From positions 4,774,001 to 4,838,000 of the forward strand of contig NW_024704750.1 of the NCBI RefSeq assembly GCF_018977255.1: a stretch of 64,000 nt of DNA, given 5' to 3'. The notes beneath the pieces are model-generated. The model did no database searches, was not told the origin of the DNA, and saw nothing but the letters and a program-made list of their open reading frames with translations. Source of the stretch: Callorhinchus milii. Taxonomy: Eukaryota. Each line of letters starts with the position of its first letter. Position 1 is the stretch's first letter. Positions 54,986 to 64,000 of the stretch are shown piece after piece. The position numbers were made by a program, and so were the translations under genes.

Positions 54986-57424
54986 TAGAATTAATATAAA
55001 TATCTTTGTCTAGAAGTGTTTAGAAATCTATTCGACAAACTGAGAAAAATACAATTATAAAGAAAAGTCTTATATTCCAGGAATTATTGATTCGAGGTGA
55101 AAAATCCTTCGTGACAGACAGGGAGTAATCCAGGGGGGTTCAGATGAATGTTAAGCAGTTTATATGTTCAGAATCTGAACCCTAATATTGTTGCCTTAAT
55201 TTCACTTACGGGTACAGGTAACAATTTATAGCCTATGTAAAAAAGTGAATGTTTTATATTCCAGTTGTCACAGTTGTGCTGGTTCTTTCTTTGATCATGA
55301 GAGTCTCCCAGTATCTTTGGAAGTTAAAATTGATGCATCAGGAATTTAATTGGCAATTTAATATAACTATGGTGGATAATCCTTTGTGCGTAGGAGGCTC
55401 ACGTCACCAGAATGCAAGATGAACGGGTCATGTTTAGAAGAGTTTTTTTCTCTGAGTTCTAATGGAAACTTACAGGATTTGTAGATGGAGTTAGGAGTTA
55501 AAGGGACAATTTAAATGACTCAGGGTTTGGAGCTGTTTTTATTGAGATGGCAGTTGTGAAGAAACAGTAGGCAACACATGTAAGTGTGCAGCAAATAATT
55601 TGCATTATGAAGAGGAATCCCAAATTGCTAAAACAAAATTGGGGCAAGGGTGCTGAGAAATGTGGACAAATAATGTCTATCAAGTGCTACTGATTGTTGA
55701 TTTAGATGCAAATTGTTTGACCATGATCAGACATTGTTTAGATTCACTGGAAAAAACTACTGTGCAGTTCACTAACTCTTCCATACTAAAGCTGATAACA
55801 CAATTCAGTTGCTGTGTTCATTAAATGACAAGATGTTTTTGAGAATTCTAAGGCTATAAGCACAATTTGGAAATGCAATTAATATCCTTTTCTCTACAGT
55901 GGTTATTGCAATGCAAGATCTCTGATGAGAGACTGAAGAAAATAGTTTGAATTAGTAATCAACGCTCCATATTAAATCAAGTAACAAGGCCTGTTGCGTT
56001 GATAACTATACCTACACTATATACTATCATGTGGAGTGGAATGTGTCATGCACAGCAATTGGATGATAATTACATCCACTGGTGAGGTTGACGACTGGTC
56101 ATATATGATCTGGTCAACCTCTCATATAACTCATTACTGGCAATGGCATGTCATTTATCTCTATGGCTATACTGTTGAAAGATGAGGTAATAATAAACTG
56201 ATGTGACCTCAGGACTGAATGATCTGAGTGCGGACATGATTTCCCCCTCCCCCAAGAGAAATTAAAAAGTTACAGATTTACACAAAAGAGAAGCCAAAGG
56301 TGTCCATCAGAGAACTGGCTATGGACAGTAGGTAGATTTCCGGAGTTAGCAATAAGAATGACTGGGTTCTTCATTTCAGGATACCCTGTTGACTTTTACA
56401 AAGCTAATATGAATTGTGACTTTTAGTGGCAAACAAGGTGGGACATTTTACAAAGCATTTACTTCGGAATTATAACAATAACTACTTTGTATGATCTTTT
56501 AAATTTAGAGGACCAAAACCACAAGAAACGTTACTTCTTAGGTAAGTAGCTTCGCTGACAAATAGTTTACTTAATTAATAATCCTTAGCATTTTGTATAG
56601 TGCCTTTCACGTCAGGAGGACGTTTCAAAGCGCTTCATGTGATTTAGAGTGAAGTGTAGTGATTGCATATTTGTAGGCAAACATGACAGCCTATTTGCAC
56701 ACAGCAACGTCTCACAAACAGCGGTGAAATGAATGGCCAACTTTTTTTTATTTGGATCGTTGGCAAGGATACTGGGAGAAACCTCCCTTCTTTTGTGAGT
56801 GGTGCCATGGGATCTTTACCTTGTACTTAACATCCTCACATAGAGTATAAACCTTGTGACCCACAGGCAAGAATGCTCCCCTTTGACCCAGGCTGACAAA
56901 AACAACCTTACTTATGATTAAAGGGATATTTCATGGTACATTACAATATTATATTGTGTTTTTGCAGTTAACTCACACAAACTTAAAACAATTCTGCACA
57001 CGTGTAAAAATATAGTACACAGGAAGTACTTAAATGTTTCTCTGACATATAGATAAAATATTATATTTTATAAAATAAAATATATTTCTCTGAAACATAG
57101 AGATGGAGATAAATGAGAGCATGCAAATCACCTCAAGCTATCCAAGTGTATTATTTGGTGAAGGCAGAAAGAGCAATACATTACCTAAAAAATGATCCTG
57201 TACTTCTAGGCTTCATTCAAATTAAAAACATTTAAAAGAAGTAATTTGCAGGTAGATTTTAGTGTGTGTTTGGGGGGGGAGTTCATGGTTATCACTCAAA
57301 CATAAGAGTAATAATTTCCTCAAATTAGCCAATGAATTTGCTGCTGCAGTGAGTCAACATGTGAGTTGTGTGTCTTAAACTCAGATACTGTAACCCCATT
57401 CATAAAGGTACACAGAGGGTAGAA

Positions 57425-57610
57425 GTGTGGGCGGGGCAGTGGGCGGGGCGTGATGTGTGTGGGCGGGGCATTGGACGGGGCGGGCTGTGGGCGGGGCGTG
57501 ATGTGTGTGGGCGGGGCCAGCGCCGAGCACGGACGGAAGGACGGCCCGGGCAGTGGGCGGGGCCGTGTGTTCCAGGGTCAGGGCGGGGTCAGGCGTTTCC
57601 AGGCAACCGC
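57425..57610 (+). promoter_or_regulatory. MOK promoter: repeated GC boxes and RFX X-box
   Basis: Multiple GGGCGGGG units including a repeated GTGATGTGTGTGGGCGGGGC. GTTTCCAGGCAAC at 57595-57607 fits the RFX X-box consensus. Confidence 0.7.
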
Positions 57611-57720
57611 AGACGCGCCATGTCCGGCGGCCTGTCCGCCCGCCCGCCCGCGGCTCTCCCCCGGCCGACGAGACCAACAAGCTCGGACGCGTGGTTTAAA
57701 GGTTAAACCATGAGCCGACG

Positions 57721-58095
57721 ATGGACCGTAAGCCGACTGTGATTATTATTATTATTAATATACGTTACCGAAGCCGGAAATAGTCAACAAACGCGCGCGC
57801 GCGTGTGTGTGTGTGTGTAAAAAAACGCACCGCAGCCATTACACAGGGCCCGACTCCAGCCCCAGTGTCTCAGTGCTGAGCAAGTGCACAAAAACCTTTT
57901 AAACCCGTCCCCCCCCCACAACCACACCCCACCCCCTCCACACCCCACCCCCAGGACCACCTCCTTCGAGTGATCTTGAGTTGGATGAAACGTCCTCCTG
58001 ACTCGAAAGGCGCTGTTATAATAAACGTCAATTGTTTGGTTGTTGTTTGTCCTCAAATAATTCAACATTTTGCTTTTTGTTTACACCCCCCCCCC

Positions 58096-58126
<31 letters not shown>

Positions 58127-61100
58127 ACACGTCGGTTATAAATCTAGACTGGTGGGGTTTTAAATGCCCTCTTGGACGAGGGTATTGGTTTGGGGGGAAT
58201 TTAGGTGAAGATTTTTTGTGCATTACATCAAAAGAGGAGACAGGCATCAATGTTTGTAACCAGTTTAATTGGGTTTAATTAATAGTTTCTTGTCTTTTAG
58301 ACTATAGGTTGGTGACTAAAATAGGTGAAGGGACATTTTCAGAGGTATGGAAGGTTCAAAGTTTAAAGGATGCGAATTATTATGCCTGTAAAAAGATGAA
58401 ACAACATGTGGAAAGGTACCAAAAAAAACGACAGAATACAAATGTAATGCTTGTGTAACTGATTGGATGTGCATTTAAATTCTTTTGTTTCACTGAAATG
58501 CTTTCTAAGTCTTAAGTATTTGGTTTAGTACTTTTTCTTAATATCACATAATTCTCAATACTCGTCAAAACTGCCATGTTTATTTATCATATGGATTGAC
58601 TGTTGTCAAACTGTTTGAGCATTCTGATTAAGTGCTTAATGCGTGGTGTCCTGTATAACGTGCATAAGTGTTTCAAAAATGTAATCAATGTCCATAGGTA
58701 GTATTTGTATAAAAATGTCAAGAATAATGTGTAACTGTAATTTGTTCTTTGAGAATTTCTTTTAGGTATTTTTGATATATTTCACATTTAATACATATAT
58801 TATAGTTTATTATCATATTTATTAATTATTTATTATCTATGTATTATGGGGCTTCTCCATTAAACTGCTCCAGATTTATTAATTTAATCTTGTGGATTAT
58901 ATCTCAGTCTTTATAGCGTTCATTCTTGCTTAATTCAAATTCAAGATCCTCATCCTCACCTACAAGGCCATTCACGGCCTTGCTCCCTCCTACCTCTCCG
59001 ACCTACTATCCCCCTACCTACCTGCCCGTACCCTCCGTTCCTCTGGCTCCGGTCTGCTCCACATCCCCCGCCCTCAGCCCCTAGGTTCTGGAACTCCATC
59101 CCCCAATGCCTTCGCCGCTTCCTCTCTTTCCTCCTTCAAGGCCGGTCTCAAGACCTTTCTCTTCGACCGTTCCTTTAGCTCTCGACTCTCTACCCCCTCC
59201 TCGCTCCCTTCCCTCCCCTCACCCTGACCATTTCCCCCCTGCTCGGGTCCCGACCCAACTGTCCAGCGCCTTGGGACGTCCTCCCGAAGTGAAAGGCGCT
59301 CTATAAATGAAATCTTCTTGTTGTTGTTAATCATTACTTGTTACTGAAATTTAGCATTTACTTTTTTTTGTAAACAGTATAGAGCAAGTGAACAATTTAC
59401 GAGAAATTCAAGCTATGCGCAGACTGAGCTTGCATCCTAATATTCTTCAATTACACGAAGTGGCCTAGTAAGTATTGGACCAATACAGATTTGATAATTT
59501 TGTTTCCTCTCCCACCTCATGCTATTGAGTTATCAGCTTGCTAGTATGTGGGTAGTAGTTGAATGTTGGTCAGATGTTTCTTCAACTGGGTGAAGGAAAA
59601 TTGATGGAAATGCAATTTCTTGAATACTTTCTAGCAGTGGTTTTGAAATCAGGAATGTCCCAAATGTTTTTCTTGCTTTAATATAAATATTCCAGTATTT
59701 AACCTCTGATAAATAGTTTCTCTTATCAGTTTTTATCTTCCCTTGAGTGCAAATCAGACAGTGTGCATCAATTGTGCTAAATGAAGTTACTCATTGCTGG
59801 ATGATCCAGCCTTCTATAAAATTTAGAGTACCACACATGTTTATACAATTTTTTAATCTTAACTGTGTGGCTTTCTTTCCTCCTTGTCTATTGTGTTCCA
59901 GTGACAAGAAGAATGGGTCTATTGCTCTAGTATGTGAACTCATGGACATGAATGTCTACGAGCTAATAAGAGGTAAGTAGATTGACGTTTTAAAGATAAA
60001 CACTTCTCACAGTGTCTCATTTAAAACAACTTTTAAAAAAATGCATATTGCCTGTAGTTTGTTTGATAATAGATAAGCCACATGAAACCCATTTACCAAG
60101 ATAATATGCAAAACTCTTACTGTATAACGCCCCTGTGCAAGATGGTTCATTATAATTGAGAGACATATTTGTAATTCATTAATTTTAGAAACTTCTGGTT
60201 TAATTCAGAGTAACTGGCAATTAAATTGGTTTTCGAACGCACAGCATTTCATACCACTTCATGGGCTGCTGGCTAAACTCTGATTGATCTTTGATTCCAA
60301 CCAGATAAAAAGTGGTCAGAGACCTTGGGCTTGTGTATTGATATTTTACTAGTCAAATGTTAGAAAATATGGTGAGGAATTGATTAGGCCAGACCCTGCG
60401 TCTTCTGCTTGAAGATAATTAATAGATTACATTATACTCTGTAGGATGTAAGTAATAAACTCTAGGAACTGTTGAGATGACAGATTCTTCATGTTTAGCA
60501 GTGTAACTATATTATATATTAAATAAAGATAGGATGAAGAACCTAAAACTGCTTCTAATAGTATCTGCTTCCAATACAGATGGATGAACAGAACAAGTTA
60601 GTCAATTGTGAAAAGAACTATAACAGCATTAAGAAGGGAGATACTAGGAGATATTTGAAAGTGTATTTGAATAACCTCATATATAAACATGGAACTTAAG
60701 ATAATTGTCTAATGTTCTGAGTATTTTCATTGCACTCTTTTCCTTATAGGGCGAAGGAACCCTTTACCCGACAGTAAAATAAAGAATTTCATGTATCAAC
60801 TATGTAAGTCCCTTGATTACATGCACAGGTGAGGAAAAATAATCACCAGCAATAGTATTGTAAAAATGAATGCCATAATTATTTTCTTGCTAATACCCAT
60901 TTCAAGAAACTGGTGTATAGAATTTAACAGTTAATAACAAAATCCTTGCACTTTCACCAATTTTGTTTGATAGTTGCAGAGGTGAAATGATATTTTATTC
61001 TGATGTTTTGAAAACAAAATAGTAATCTTGGTGAACAGTACTTGGCCAGTGAGATCACTCCATGTATCAGGGTTTGCAGATTTGAGGACACGTCTACACC

Positions 61101-62832
61101 TCTAAATCCTCCTTGGATTACTGGAGAGCAATTACTCTTGCCTTGCCAGAGACCCAAGGAGATCTGCTTACCTCTGATCTCCCTCCTTGGAGAATAAACA
61201 TACCAATTTTATAGTGTATTCTGTAAAGCGGTTTGAGACGTCTCGAAGATGTGATAAGGCGCTGTATCAAATAATGATTATTATTATCCCCAAAGAGCGA
61301 GGAGGTTTTGAACCCAGAACCATGCATTCCTGGTCCAGTACTCACCCAATTAAGATTGTTGAAAGCTACTAACACTTGTAATACTCTACAAACAACAACA
61401 TGATCTAAAATTGATGGTGTAATGACATTTAGAATTATAATTTACCCTCTTCACTACAGAAATGGAATTTTTCACCGAGATGTAAAGCCAGAAAATATCT
61501 TAATTAAGGTACGTCATTTATACTGAGACATGAAATCAATGATGTCGAGCCATGGAGTAACTGCAGTATACAAATGGCAGAACTTTAAAATATATTGGCT
61601 TTTCCTTTGCAGCAAAACTTGCTGAAGTTGGCAGATTTTGGTTCCTGTAGGAGTATGTTCTCAAAGCATCCATACACAGAATATATCTCCACTCGATGGT
61701 ATCGAGCCCCAGAATGTCTTCTTACAGATGGGTATTATGGCTTCAAAATGGACATTTGGAGTGCTGGCTGTGTTTTCTATGAAATAACCAGGTAAAGATC
61801 TAATTTAAAATATAATAGAAGAATGATGTTGTATTATGTTGTTGATGGAAATAAATGCAATTTGAGCTATTTGGCACATCAGTAAATCTGCTTACCTACC
61901 TGCCAGCAATGTAGCATGAGAGATTCAAAAGACTGAGGGAGTCATGAATTCATGTAAAACTCACTGGCCTGATTTGGAGAATTGAACCTTGGTGGTCGGG
62001 CCACCAGATGGAGCATCCAAGCAGCTCAAAAGGAAGGACGAGGAGCACGGCGAAAACTAGAACCTAAGACTCAACTAATGCCGGTTACAAATACTACTAA
62101 TAATAATCCTTGCATTTGATATAGCGCTTTTCACGTCTTCTAGACGTCTCAAAGCACTTCACAGAATATACTGTAAAGTGAATTGACTGTATATTTGTGG
62201 GCGAACGCAGCAGCCAATTGCGCACAGCAATGTCCCGCAAACAGTCATAGATTGAAAATGACCAATTTATTATTGTTTTTGGTTTTGGAGGGATTATTAT
62301 TAGGTGTGTGGAGTAAGGAAACTTGCCCGAGGTTTCGCCCTCCCTGGAATTGAACTCGGGTCTCTCGCTTGTAAAGCGAGTGCTCTAACCACAGCTACAG
62401 GACTCCAGAAAGTAGTATTGATTGATTGTGCTGACATGAAATGTCAGGTGTGCCTTCTGTCAATGTTTGTATTCATTACAGTAACTAGGAGCAAGACTGC
62501 CATTTGATCAAATTACTCTGGAATCTGAACCCAGAGATGAAAGGCAGTACAATAACTTACAGCACCAACAGTGCCAGCCATGGTGCAATTCAAGCAAGCT
62601 ACCCAATGAAATGTATAGTGGTCTTTTTCCAGCCTTATAGGTTTTTGGGTTCTATAAAAACTTTCATCTTCAATGTACTAAAACAGATTTAATCAAAACT
62701 AATTTAAAAGTTAATGTTTTGTCCTTTCAGCTTACATCCACTTTTTCCTGGTTCTAATGAAGTGGACCAAATTGCAAAAATCCATGATGTTGTTGGAACT
62801 CCAAAGGGCGATATCCTCAGAAAGTTTAAGCA
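57721..62832 (+). CDS. MOK: MAPK/MAK/MRK overlapping kinase, exons 1-8 (kinase domain; gene continues beyond right edge)
   Basis: Exons 57721-57727 (ATGGACC|gtaagc), 58301-58415 ([19 protein letters not shown]), 59378-59467 ([12 protein letters not shown]), 59902-59972 ([15 protein letters not shown]), 60750-60828, 61460-61508 ([12 protein letters not shown]), 61613-61791 ([19 protein letters not shown]), 62731-62832 ([18 protein letters not shown]). The TEY activation loop and these motifs are characteristic of MOK. Confidence 0.95.
58938..59328 (+). mobile_element. L2 LINE 3' fragment in MOK intron 2
   Basis: TTCAAGATCCTCATCCTCACCTACAAGGCC.. nearly identical to the 10290-10765 element (with an internal deletion); ends in (TTG)n. 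Confidence 0.88.
62097..62406 (-). mobile_element. tRNA-derived SINE, full length, in MOK intron 7
   Basis: Reverse-complement homologue of the 23212-23523 family. Confidence 0.87.
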
Positions 62833-64000
62833 GTAAGTGTACATTTTGAATTATAATGCCTTTGATAGCCTGGATGAGAATCCGGAACTCATCATATATA
62901 GCTTATAAGCGTGAACCTGTGTTTCACTATAAGCATTCAGTTCAGCTGACTCTACACTTTATTTTATAGCAGTTTTTTTTATTTCTGTTGTTTTCCCAAT
63001 GAGCATGATTATATATAATTATTCCTAGGAAACGTTTATCCACCCCTGTAAATGATGTCCCAAAGATACTTTACATTTAGAAATGATGTACCATGCTCTG
63101 CGTCCCTTCTGTGTACAATTAATTATTTTTAAGGCTCAATTCCATTTTAGTGAACCTATATACAGTAATTAAGCTTTTTGACTGCAGGCTAATTTGATTT
63201 ATAAATTGCAAAATAGTAGTTAACCAGTTAAAATGTTGCAGCCTAAAATTTCTTAGCTAGGTCATTAAATGAAATTGAATGAAAAGGAATCCCATCTTTG
63301 CTCCTTCGAATGAAAGAAGAATTTAATGTTTGTTTAGTTTGTTTCATCTAATCGTTTTTAAATCCCTTCCTTGTCTGAAAGCAGTGACTCATCGTGAGAT
63401 TCATCAAGTGTTTCCTTTAACATTTTCTTTTCACCTGAAAGCCAGATATTGTCAGCAAGTTATTTAACAATGGAAAGAATCAGAGCAGATTCCTATCATA
63501 AATCATTATTTACTCAAGACCGTAAATATCCTTACTTACCTCTCTCAGTCTTCATTCCGATAATCATCCAACTTCGAAAATGACCTGAACTATTTCATGA
63601 CATACTCTTTTTAGCCTATATAGTGTGAGCATTGCCCTTAGGTTCTCAATAAAAATACTAATAAAGATTTGGTTTAAATTTATTTCAAGAATTGATAGTC
63701 ATCCTGAGGAAGTTATTTTAACATGTAGAAATTGAAGTCTTGTGGTCACCATTTGACATAGTCAAGATCAAAATGTCTTAAATATAAGATGCCCCTTTGT
63801 GATTTTCTCTCTTGGTAAATTTGACATCATCCACTGTGGAGAATGCTCCTGTTTGAAGCGAAGATGATCCTGCAAGATAGGTGATGGGATATTCTCCAGA
63901 TAGTGAAGTTCCAAAAATAATAATGTGATATTATTATTTAAGGCAAGTATTGAAGTAGTTGTTGAGCTTTTAAAATAGCTTTAGCGATTTGAATATTAAT

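Overview
Eukaryotic (vertebrate) genomic DNA, most likely a cartilaginous fish (chimaera/shark-like L2, CR1, tRNA-SINE and Deu-SINE repeats). The ORF track is largely uninformative because the genes are multi-exon. I reconstructed five genes by hand from GT-AG exons with consistent phases. They are POLE2 (minus, exons 1-5, runs off the left edge), KLHDC1 (plus, complete), KLHDC2 (plus, complete), NEMF (minus, complete, 33 coding exons) and MOK (plus, exons 1-8, runs off the right edge). Gene identities and residue comparisons rest on human protein sequences recalled from memory, not on a database search. The most interesting observations are four. (1) KLHDC1 has two tandem-duplicated, splice-compatible first coding exons that have degenerated in complementary ways. 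(2) The same KLHDC1 lacks two residues equivalent to KLHDC2 C-degron-binding residues (K147, S269), which the neighbouring KLHDC2 keeps. (3) NEMF carries a relic copy of exon 8 and a duplicated in-frame splice donor. (4) NEMF is followed by MOK rather than ARF6. I see no evidence for a wholly new multi-gene system. There is one assembly gap (52036-52369).
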